From NCBI GenBank assembly GCA_973895155.1, contig OZ316897.1, forward strand, positions 21,861,455 through 21,925,454: 64,000 nucleotides of DNA, given 5' to 3'. The position numbers and the translations under genes are program-made. The first letter of the stretch is position 1; each line of letters begins with the position of its first letter. Shown in pieces: positions 52,301 through 60,185 of the stretch. Source of the stretch: Marsupella aquatica (Eukaryota; Plantae; Marchantiophyta). The notes under the pieces are model-generated. The model was not told the origin of the DNA. It was given only the letters and a program-made list of their open reading frames with translations, and did not search any database.

Positions 52301-53949
52301 TGGAGTCTGTCATCATTGCAGAGCTCGACAAGGAGCTAAGAGCAACCCAGGAGGAGAGGGCTACCTTGAAGAAGGAATTGGAGGAAGCCCACAGGGAGCA
52401 GGAGGAGGCCAAAAACGAGCTGGAGGGGGCACGTAAGGACCTGGATGAAACCCAAGAGGAGTTGGAGGAAATCACGAGGAAGATGGAGAACCTACAGCGG
52501 CGGGCCGACAACCAAACAGAGCGGCTGAAGAAACAAGTCGCAGTATTTAAATGCTTAGCTGCAGCAGGTCCATCTCCCGTTGGGACAAACCAGTTACCAG
52601 GGGTGGTAATTGCCGAAGGACAAGCCGCATCAACTGCACCAGTGCCGGAAGTAAGTGGGAAGGGGAAGGGACCAGCTGCCGAGCCACCAACGAAGAAGAA
52701 GCGGAAACCTCCAGGGTCAAGGAGTAATACGACTTCACAGGCCGTGGTGATCAAGGAGGTAGACCCAGCACCGACCCCAGACAGGGTCACGGCTAAGGAT
52801 CCAACTACCCTAGGGGAAGGGGAGGCCGAAGCCGTGGGAGTGGCTGAGGCCGAAGCCGTGGGTATTGCCGAGGCCGGTGTCGAGGCTGAAGCCGAAGGTG
52901 GACCCAGTCAGGCCGATGGAGAGTTGACTCGGTCAAGGGCAGGTAATCTGTTAGTAGGCGGGCCAACGGCAGTGGCTGAGGAGGAAGTGTTGGGGGCGTC
53001 CATTGAGGATCCACCACCGGTGTCGTGACGGTGCAAGGGCGCCGTTCCTTTTAGGGAGGGCGGACGTGGAGGGAGGAGGCGTGAGTGGGCAGGGCGGGCA
53101 CGGATCTCCACGTTTAGGATTAGGATCAGAACCAGGAGCGGCCCTGACACTTAGCTTAGTGGGATTGCGGTCCCACTGGTAGGAGCAACACTTGTGCTCC
53201 TGCCTTGCTGTACATAGGTAGATTCGGGCAAGTAGATTACTGTCAGGTAGATTAGGCTTACGATGCAAAGAATGGCGGATCCACTACCAGGATAAGTACC
53301 TGGGCAGCGGGGAGCTCAGGGCCTCTTCTTTAGCAAGTTTTTAGTTTGCACCAGCCGGGCTGGGATCAAGTAGTACGAGAAGCTCTCGGTTAGTCATACA
53401 GTGACCCTTGTGTATATTCATGTTTCCTCATGCCTAAGAGCTGAATAGAGTTGGCCTCACGGCTTAGTTCGCAGAACTTGTGTATGAGATGTACTGTTTG
53501 TATGGCAAGTGCATGGTATGACTCAGTCAGAATGAGTCATTTTGCTATTTGTGTGTCGCATTAACTTGTGTGAAGAGTGCCCACATCAACAGAAGGAAGG
53601 AAAGTAAGCAGGGGAGTGAGAGTTGGATGTGTCGAGCTGAGAGAGGTCTTAGCGGCTTAACCAAGCCTATTGGGGATCATTCCGGCGGCGGAATCCAAAC
53701 ATACCTAACAAGACGGAGGGGAAGACAGGGGAAGACAGGGGAAGGCCTATATTAGGCCGGCTACGTATCTCATGACCCGATGAAGGATCTGTCCAGTATA
53801 TGTGTGTAAAATGTTAATAGTAGTAGTAGAAGGTTAGCAGCGTCCCATGCCGCTAAGCCGCGGAAACGGCCTCGCCAAGCACGAAACCTGCGGGAATCGG
53901 CTTGAGCTGGGGGGTTTCTTGGGTTTAGGGAGCCATGGGACGCACCACA
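49314..53949 (+). repeat. 5' LTR of gypsy C (4636 bp)
   Basis: TGTGATG...CACCACA ends. Near-identical to 60174-64000. Same ends as the TSD-flanked solo LTR. Confidence 0.95.
49390..53028 (+). CDS. LTR-encoded ~1200-aa protein: basic N-terminus, plant-transposon-type globular domain, acidic/Pro-rich linker, long coiled coil, NLS-like KKKRK (first ATG 49429)
   Basis: Uninterrupted 3.6-kb ORF wholly inside the LTR. Frame and terminus are conserved in the diverged solo-LTR copy. Confidence 0.88.
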   Translation: MTKQGKYKQLGATMEPGQRPEVRLRVKTRLGLGRVKRRRLGRINGKNDRQRRGVRSACRRRWLICEHELGRRLQEANYCQLLRQALGERVDTDDRPKEGMSNINQAAHFWGCLFERATEYIKTYEDEESERAARERQELARLWELHKTAFLGGELIKDEFLWTPTSNQLDDLLFCKDSIVGIREAIKNCNDIHWELKGSTERWTQATVLGETSTAAEMKRKGAVNDEATPAKRTRSAAPKKPAEQQSRRQGEAEEEEVDPIKAIPTRDDTWKGWAATLPVEVQLHFAREEDACFTAMQTKKYQGFMAGSGLEAFVRLPWLKPEVPESDLLEFVGSWEPETNCTRIYGKDFYLTPKVIAEVFGLPMGNKTKVDTRKTLPDKEFRSFPGPSTKNGFFRNTCTNPHIGEMIDFLRVTMHCNLPRAEIGKAQVYLAERPDPSRDYNGYLLNQLKKILKEEQQVIGMGSVSRLGYHMPLLCRYARGQTFAPVLPLQVRAPEEAPTPRPLAEKPQPPVSPTIEQVFRPRKEDLPMQQPGMQSLLKLLEKEKKSASATTTATATMQDTTTEVGLHRLTRENPFAGDKERIRPESKPGVRTYVGTSSSESEAELPEAPTDEEEREKPDVQEVEEAVEDCSHDNSGYGSDHHVPGVRTCGRFVPTLPRVVRGDPNQQSSPESPPPDVAPPSFDGIKQTVQEFQERIKQEEEAALAKEKDLPGGDWPEDIRRLAEKGSKPLATIEEIRRTAWEQRPRWAMPITSTYSTYAKNRAMEYGEMCGELALGIFGEELEVGPFFHREQLEKHQLEEAVALERSKKDEVIRRLRRMGAEIEDLRAAKKAQDELRIKRHELNIMQGQLDAAQADNQNIKDKLTQTQEELADTIKEREKWKQELKNTEEAHITANSQAMAETQRKEWALKGELEKIRGALEQKEVELGKSYQGIMALQQELASLTVSFKADLREKDEMLEQTYAKMNQMESVIIAELDKELRATQEERATLKKELEEAHREQEEAKNELEGARKDLDETQEELEEITRKMENLQRRADNQTERLKKQVAVFKCLAAAGPSPVGTNQLPGVVIAEGQAASTAPVPEVSGKGKGPAAEPPTKKKRKPPGSRSNTTSQAVVIKEVDPAPTPDRVTAKDPTTLGEGEAEAVGVAEAEAVGIAEAGVEAEAEGGPSQADGELTRSRAGNLLVGGPTAVAEEEVLGASIEDPPPVS

Positions 53950-53953
53950 TTTT

Positions 53954-53972
53954 TGGCGCTAGATGGAGGGGG
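53954..53972 (+). promoter_or_regulatory. tRNA-Asn-type primer binding site of gypsy C
   Basis: TGGCGCTAGATGGAGGGGG, 4 nt after the LTR, versus the plant tRNA-Asn 3' complement TGGCGCTAGAAGGAGGGG. Confidence 0.8.
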
Positions 53973-54018
53973 CATTTCTTAAGCCGTGAGATATGAAGTT
54001 AGAACGGAAGCGTAGGTA

Positions 54019-57012
54019 ATGACTGACCTTACGCCGAGGGAAGAAAGAGTGATTCAACGGGAGAGAGCTGGACTGCAGCAGCTCGCCGGGTGGCATGATA
54101 CACAGCGACTGAGAGGGGCAGAAAGAGCTGGTAGCTCCGAAACTGGAAGTGGCATCGAAGAAGACATACCAGAAGAAGAGTCGGTAAGGAGAAGTGAGTC
54201 TCCAACCGACATGGGGGAACCAGAGGCACGGCCAGACGAAAGGCCAGGGACCAGATTGAGCCAGCGGTCGTGCATACATTACAAGGCATTTCATGGGAGA
54301 GGAGATGAGGATCCGGACGAATGGTTGGATGATTTCGAGGGAACCGCTGCAGCAAATGGAGAATCGGCCATCAAGATGCAGATTCTTCCTGGCCTGTTCA
54401 AGGGTGAGGCTAGGCCTTGGTACAGAGCATTAGATGTGGAAGATCAAGCCATCTGGGATATCTTCAAAACACTCTTTGTTAAGGAGTTTCGACCCATTGG
54501 AACTTCAGAACTAGCAGTGCTGAAGTTGGGACAACTTCGGTTCAAGGAGAACAAATCCTTCAGGAAGTTCTTGCAACGCTTTCAGAAACTGGTAAGACGT
54601 ACAAAGACCAATGCATCTGAAGGTATGCAACTTCAATGGTTAGTGAATGCTTTGCCACAGAAGATGAGTTTTGCAATTAGGAAGGAGAACCCGGAGACTT
54701 TAGCCGAAGCAATTAAGGATATTCAATTATACATTAATGCAGATATCACAAGCCGGAAGAAACAGCTTAAGTCTGAGAGTTCCTCATCAGAGGAGGGATC
54801 ACCCCATAAGAAAAAAGATAAGAAGAAGAAACATTCCAAGAAGTCTAGAAGTGATAAGTCAAGCTCGGATAGTGGGAGTAGCAAGAGTGAGTCATCTTCT
54901 AGTTCTGAAGAAGAAAAAACTAGGAAAAGGAAGGGCAGAAGGAGAGGGAAGACGAAAGTCAAGATGGAGGCTAAGCCACCAGATAACATCGTAGCCCTTA
55001 CCGAGCAACTTAAGGCTATCATTGCAGAGGTAAAACCAAAGAAGAAGGTAGTACAGGAGGATAGCTCTGTATGGTGTGCCTTATGTTATAAAACCGGACA
55101 CCATAAAGATGCGTGTCCTAAGCTTAATACTAATCATGTTCGGCATGTGGCCGAGATCAGACCATGTCAGGGAGAAGTAGAGTACTTTTTGGGAGATGCC
55201 GCTGATAGTGTTTTCGGCATCAGTGAGACTGGAGCACGAGACCTATCCAACAGACCTGCATCTCTGTGGTCAGGGTTAAGGAACAATCCAGGAGAGATGT
55301 ATCCTCGGATTATTCAGAACCCGTCAGTACCTCCTAGGCCGAATGTGCAAAGATTTGCGGCGTGCTATAATTGTGGTCAACCTGGCCATTTTGCTAGAGA
55401 ATGCCCGAATGCACGCAAACAGGGTGATGGACAACCAGCTCAGCTATGTATGGGATGCCGACAGGAAGGTCATATGCTAGGGCAATGTCCTACTTGGTTG
55501 GCAGGCCTGGCCGCAAATCATAAGCTTTTGCCGATCAAGATCTTACCGCCAGGTACTACCCCCGGAGGAGTTCAAATCAACCACATCGAACTAGGATGGC
55601 AAGAGGATGCCGAGGCAGAGTTTGTACCATCTGATGATGAGGCCGAAGCCCTATCAACCTTCTCAGAGGAGGATTTAGATCATGATTGCTACCGGGTCTC
55701 TACTCGATCTACCAGAAGGAAGGAAAGGTGGGATGGGCTGGCCAAAAATAAAGGGAAGGTTACGGAGGAAAGGATCGACTCTTCGTCAACATCAACAGAA
55801 GGAGAAGGGAGGGCTCCGGCAATACAGGTAAGCCATGAGCCCACCAGTGAAACCAATCCTTCACAAGATAGCGACTTCAATCGAGATCATCCTAAGTTGT
55901 TCTACCCCTCTGTTACGGCTAGTGTTAAGGAACAACTAAGAGAATTAGAAACCCTGGAGAATACCGAAGCCATTGCCAAGGATGTAAAACGAGCAAAAGC
56001 ATTGTTTGCTTCGGAAGACCCAACAGCTGTGGAGACTAGCGTGGCAAAACTGGCCGAATCCAAGACGGAAACACCACCAGAAGAGAAGCCGATTGTTCCC
56101 TATGACCTGGCTAAAGATGTACTAGAATCTAGAGTCTCGGCAACAGTAGGTCAACTATTGAAAAATAGCCCGTACTTCCGGAAGCAATTAAGGAAGGCTA
56201 TTCTCGGCAAGCCGAGATTACCCAAGGTAGCAACCAGATCCGACGTACTAATGATAGAAGAAGATCAAGGAGCCCCAGCATTACCATTAATGATTCAAGG
56301 AGAATTATTACTACGGGTACCCATCGATGGAGGATCAGGGGTATGTATTATGATTGATTCAACAGCAAAAGGGTGGGGTCTAACACCGGAGATGACTGGA
56401 AGAGTGTTGAACATGGCCAATGGATATCAGGTCATTCCGACGGGAGTGTTAACCGGCATCAAGACAGAGATAGGAGGTATCTTCTTTAGCATTAACTATG
56501 TAGTAATGAAGCCGGTAAATCCTACGTCCTTCCGGCTATTGATTGGTAGGCCATGGCTGTACCTAGCCGAGGTAATAGAAGATTGGGGTAAAAAGCAGTT
56601 CACTTTCGGGACCCCCTCTATCACGGTATCCTGGGACACTAAGGATGACCGTAGGAAAAGCATAAGGGAAGTAGATGGGTACGATAGTGGACTGGAGTCA
56701 GCCGATGAAGTACGTTGGTTAGAATGCCTCACTAACCTAACCGAAGAAGGTGTCTTTGGACCAGAGGTACCCCCCAGCGGATTATGGCAAGAACCAATGG
56801 AAGGTGACTTGGAAGAAGAAGACGAAGAGGTCGAGGACTGCTTTACAATAGAATCCACCTTTTTAGCTGCAATTCCGGAGGAAGTAAAGGATGTAGACCA
56901 ATTGGATAAAACGGCTAAGTGGGGAGCAGTAGCAGGGACAGTGGATTTTCTGCAGGCGTTGTGGCAGAGCCGACGGGGTCCACAACGCCATCGATCATCG
57001 GCAAGGAATTAA
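54019..57012 (+). CDS. Gag-protease of gypsy C
   Basis: Gag FHGRGDEDPDEWL. Three CCHC knuckles. PR IDGGSG...LLIGRPWL. Homologous to the N-half of the gypsy B polyprotein. Confidence 0.93.
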   Translation: MTDLTPREERVIQRERAGLQQLAGWHDTQRLRGAERAGSSETGSGIEEDIPEEESVRRSESPTDMGEPEARPDERPGTRLSQRSCIHYKAFHGRGDEDPDEWLDDFEGTAAANGESAIKMQILPGLFKGEARPWYRALDVEDQAIWDIFKTLFVKEFRPIGTSELAVLKLGQLRFKENKSFRKFLQRFQKLVRRTKTNASEGMQLQWLVNALPQKMSFAIRKENPETLAEAIKDIQLYINADITSRKKQLKSESSSSEEGSPHKKKDKKKKHSKKSRSDKSSSDSGSSKSESSSSSEEEKTRKRKGRRRGKTKVKMEAKPPDNIVALTEQLKAIIAEVKPKKKVVQEDSSVWCALCYKTGHHKDACPKLNTNHVRHVAEIRPCQGEVEYFLGDAADSVFGISETGARDLSNRPASLWSGLRNNPGEMYPRIIQNPSVPPRPNVQRFAACYNCGQPGHFARECPNARKQGDGQPAQLCMGCRQEGHMLGQCPTWLAGLAANHKLLPIKILPPGTTPGGVQINHIELGWQEDAEAEFVPSDDEAEALSTFSEEDLDHDCYRVSTRSTRRKERWDGLAKNKGKVTEERIDSSSTSTEGEGRAPAIQVSHEPTSETNPSQDSDFNRDHPKLFYPSVTASVKEQLRELETLENTEAIAKDVKRAKALFASEDPTAVETSVAKLAESKTETPPEEKPIVPYDLAKDVLESRVSATVGQLLKNSPYFRKQLRKAILGKPRLPKVATRSDVLMIEEDQGAPALPLMIQGELLLRVPIDGGSGVCIMIDSTAKGWGLTPEMTGRVLNMANGYQVIPTGVLTGIKTEIGGIFFSINYVVMKPVNPTSFRLLIGRPWLYLAEVIEDWGKKQFTFGTPSITVSWDTKDDRRKSIREVDGYDSGLESADEVRWLECLTNLTEEGVFGPEVPPSGLWQEPMEGDLEEEDEEVEDCFTIESTFLAAIPEEVKDVDQLDKTAKWGAVAGTVDFLQALWQSRRGPQRHRSSARN

Positions 57013-60000
57013 ATACCAAGGGATCGGCATACAAGCCGATTACGAGGGCAGAACAAATTGAGGCCCTATTAGAAGCCGAGAGAGCACAACGGCCTAACTC
57101 TCAGGAGCAAGAGGTGGATGAGATGGACAGACACGATCTAGAGCCAAGGCAGGAAGGGGAGCCGACCACTAATTCAAAACTGAATAGACCGGTAAGGGGA
57201 CAATCTATGGACACCAAGGAAGGGACCGACTCGGCTAGTCCAGCTGAGATCCCAGTTTATGGAGGTATGAGATTAGAGAGACTGGAAGCCGAACTGGACC
57301 CGAATTTGAAGAAGCAGATTAATATGATCCAAGCACGGCAATATCGGAAGCTTGACTTAGGAGAGGGAAGAGAACTGAACTTAGGGAGAAACCTAGCACC
57401 TGAGCTCGAGAAAGAGATCAGTGACTTATTGATTGAATTTCAGGATGTGTTTGCATGGAGTCACCAAGATCTAAAGGGAGTAGATCCAACACTAGGGGAA
57501 CATCGAATTGATCTCATGTTAGGAGCCAAATCATTTCGACAACCAATTCGAAGGATGAACCCGAAGTATTCCCTGCTGGTCAAAATAGAAATCGACAAAC
57601 TAGTGGAAGCTGGATTCATCACTCCAGTCCTGCATTCAGACTGGGTGTCTCCAATTGTGATAGTTCCCAAGAAAGCTGGACCCGATGGTAAACCCAAGAT
57701 CCGGGTTTGTCAGGATTACAGGAAGCTGAATGAAGCAACATTAAAAGACCATTTTCCTTTACCGTTTACTGATATGGTACTAGACATGGTAGCCAGTCAT
57801 GAACTATATTCATTCATGGATGGATACTCTGGTTATAACCAAATCAGGATTCGGCAGGAAGACCAAATCAAGACGGCCTTCATCACGGAATGGGGGATCT
57901 ATGTCTTCAATCGTATGCCGTTTGGACTCTGCAACGCACCAGCTATGTTCCAACGATTAATGGTGAACATTTTTCATGATTACTTGAGAAAGTTCATGGA
58001 AATCTTCATTGATGACTTTGCAGTATTCGGGAAGGCATCGAAACATGCTAAATACCTCAGGAAAACCTTCATGAGATGTAGAGAGGTGGGTCTCAAGTTA
58101 CACCCAGATAAATGTTTTTTTGCAGTAACCGAGGGGGTGCTACTAGGTCACAAGGTATCAAGGAAGGGCATTGAGATTGACAAAGGTAAGCTAGCAGTAT
58201 GGCTAGATATCATGCAACCTAAGAACATAAAGGATGTAAGATCCTTCTTGGGATGCATTGGTTACTATCGCCGGTTCATCAAGGATTTTGCCAAGCTGGC
58301 TTTACCATTAACCAATATGCTCAAGGCAGGAGCAGACTTCGAACCCACACCCGAACGAGTCACAGCGGTGGTAGAATTGAAGCAGATGTTAGTAGAGGCC
58401 CCAGTCATGATAGCACCGGACTGGAACAAAGATTTTCATGTTTTTGTAGATGTCTCGGGCTTCTGTATTGGCTCAGTACTAAGTCAGTTGGATGAGAAAG
58501 GAAGGGACCATCCCATATACTTCGCAAGCCGTCAGCTTGCCGATGCCGAACGGAACTACTCTACCACGGAAAGAGAAGCATTAGGAGTCATTTATTCTTG
58601 TAAAAAGTTTAGGCATTATTTACTAGGGTACAAGGTAATCTTTCATACTGATCATGAAAGTTTGAAGTACCTAGTCAATAAGCCGGACCTTACAGGCAGA
58701 GTAGCAAGATGGATTTTGCTATTACAGGAGTTTGACTATGAGCTGAGGATCAAGCCGGGAAAGTTACATGCCAATGCCGACTTCTTTTCAAGGATCACAG
58801 GTAAACCTGCCACGGATTGCATCGATGATCGATTCCCCGACGAGGAGCTATTCGTTGTGGAAATAGCTGGTACATGGTACCCTGAGATTTTACAATTTCT
58901 CAGCACTTCCAGATTACAGCCAGGATTAAGCCGAGAGCAAGCCGCAGTCTTTGTGCGGAAGGTCAGACAGTATCAGTGCATTAAAGGCATACTGCACAAG
59001 CATGGAATCAACGGCACGATTCAAAGGTGTTTGGAAAAGAGAGAGGTAAAACGAGTCCTACGGGCCATGCATGGAGAGGAGGCCGGAGGACATTTTGCCC
59101 CAGTAACCACGTCTAAGAAGATATTAAATGCCGGTTACTGGTGGCCCACCTTGCACAAAGATGTCTATCAGTTTATCAAACAATGCGATCCTTGTCAACG
59201 AGCGGGAGGACCAAGGGCGTCCACCAGGCATCCACTGCACCCTATTCTACCTCTGGCACCATTCGAGAAGTGGGGTATTGATTACATTGGACCTCTGAAA
59301 CCACTGACCCACCCTCGACGGAACAAGTACATAATCCTGGCTACGGATTATGCAACTAAATGGGTAGAGGCCAGACCAACAACGAAGGATGATGCAATTA
59401 CTACGGCTAGATTCATGTATGAGCAGATCTTCACCAGGTATGGAGCACCCCTAGAATTAGTTAGTGATAGAGGAACCCATTTTTTGAATGATATAATTAG
59501 TCGTTTAAATGAGCAGTATTTAGTTAAACATAGGCCTACTACTCCCTACCATCCAAAGGCAAACGGGTTGACAGAACGAGCAAACGGGATCATAGGAAAG
59601 ATATTGAACAAGACAGTAGCTCAGAACAAACTCGATTGGGATGATAAATTGTTTGCTGCTGTTTTTGCTTACAATCTTGCCTATAAATCCACTACCGGTC
59701 ATACACCCTTCTTCTTAACCTTTGGACAAGAAGCCCTGGTACCCATGCAACTTGAGATACCGACATTTCAAGTTACAATTGAGGAAAGAGCCTCAGCGGA
59801 GGAGAGCCTAAAGGAGCGAGAATATAGGTTAGAAGCTTTAGAGGAAGCGAGAATGATTTCAGCCGAGAGAGTAGAATATAGACAGAATATCATGAAGCAG
59901 CAGTATGATAAAAGGTTAAAAGTAGTTAGTATTCATAACGGTGATCTTGTGCTACTTTATGACAATAGGTATAGTAGGTTTCCAGGAAAGCTTTACACTC

Positions 60001-60185
60001 GCTGGTTAGGACCCTTTAGAGTAACCATGATGTTCCCCAATGGCTCCGTACAATTGGCCAACATTACGGGAGAGGTATATCCAGTTCGCATCCATTATGA
60101 CCGCCTCAAGAAATACTATATGGACGAAGATGAAGTTGTTCGCGAGGACGCTTCACAATTAAGTGGGGAGCTATGTGATGCCTAG
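56919..60185 (+). CDS. Pol (RT, RNase H, integrase) of gypsy C, in the -1 frame relative to gag-PR
   Basis: FMDGYSGY, FIDD, VDVSG, TDH, HHCC, WGIDY, SDRG, GPF. The stop codon falls inside the 3' LTR. Confidence 0.95.
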   Translation: MGSSSRDSGFSAGVVAEPTGSTTPSIIGKELNTKGSAYKPITRAEQIEALLEAERAQRPNSQEQEVDEMDRHDLEPRQEGEPTTNSKLNRPVRGQSMDTKEGTDSASPAEIPVYGGMRLERLEAELDPNLKKQINMIQARQYRKLDLGEGRELNLGRNLAPELEKEISDLLIEFQDVFAWSHQDLKGVDPTLGEHRIDLMLGAKSFRQPIRRMNPKYSLLVKIEIDKLVEAGFITPVLHSDWVSPIVIVPKKAGPDGKPKIRVCQDYRKLNEATLKDHFPLPFTDMVLDMVASHELYSFMDGYSGYNQIRIRQEDQIKTAFITEWGIYVFNRMPFGLCNAPAMFQRLMVNIFHDYLRKFMEIFIDDFAVFGKASKHAKYLRKTFMRCREVGLKLHPDKCFFAVTEGVLLGHKVSRKGIEIDKGKLAVWLDIMQPKNIKDVRSFLGCIGYYRRFIKDFAKLALPLTNMLKAGADFEPTPERVTAVVELKQMLVEAPVMIAPDWNKDFHVFVDVSGFCIGSVLSQLDEKGRDHPIYFASRQLADAERNYSTTEREALGVIYSCKKFRHYLLGYKVIFHTDHESLKYLVNKPDLTGRVARWILLLQEFDYELRIKPGKLHANADFFSRITGKPATDCIDDRFPDEELFVVEIAGTWYPEILQFLSTSRLQPGLSREQAAVFVRKVRQYQCIKGILHKHGINGTIQRCLEKREVKRVLRAMHGEEAGGHFAPVTTSKKILNAGYWWPTLHKDVYQFIKQCDPCQRAGGPRASTRHPLHPILPLAPFEKWGIDYIGPLKPLTHPRRNKYIILATDYATKWVEARPTTKDDAITTARFMYEQIFTRYGAPLELVSDRGTHFLNDIISRLNEQYLVKHRPTTPYHPKANGLTERANGIIGKILNKTVAQNKLDWDDKLFAAVFAYNLAYKSTTGHTPFFLTFGQEALVPMQLEIPTFQVTIEERASAEESLKEREYRLEALEEARMISAERVEYRQNIMKQQYDKRLKVVSIHNGDLVLLYDNRYSRFPGKLYTRWLGPFRVTMMFPNGSVQLANITGEVYPVRIHYDRLKKYYMDEDEVVREDASQLSGELCDA
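56943..57002 (+). promoter_or_regulatory. Putative -1 programmed ribosomal frameshift signal
   Basis: In-frame G_GAT_TTT, a 5-nt spacer and a perfect 10-bp stem GGCGTTGTGG/CCACAACGCC. Loop GCCGA can pair with downstream TCGGC. The pol ORF is in the -1 frame. Confidence 0.8.
60160..60173 (+). promoter_or_regulatory. Polypurine tract of gypsy C
   Basis: TAAGTGGGGAGCTA immediately before TGTGATG. Confidence 0.85.

Noticed and set aside
49890-52790. Many antisense and overlapping ORFs of 60-175 aa across the LTR ORF, LINE and gag-pol
   Set aside because: These are shadow frames of real ORFs, with low complexity and no motifs. They recur only because the repeats recur.
49390-53028. Calling the LTR ORF an env gene
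   Set aside because: No signal peptide or transmembrane segment is evident. The protein is highly charged with NLS-like motifs.
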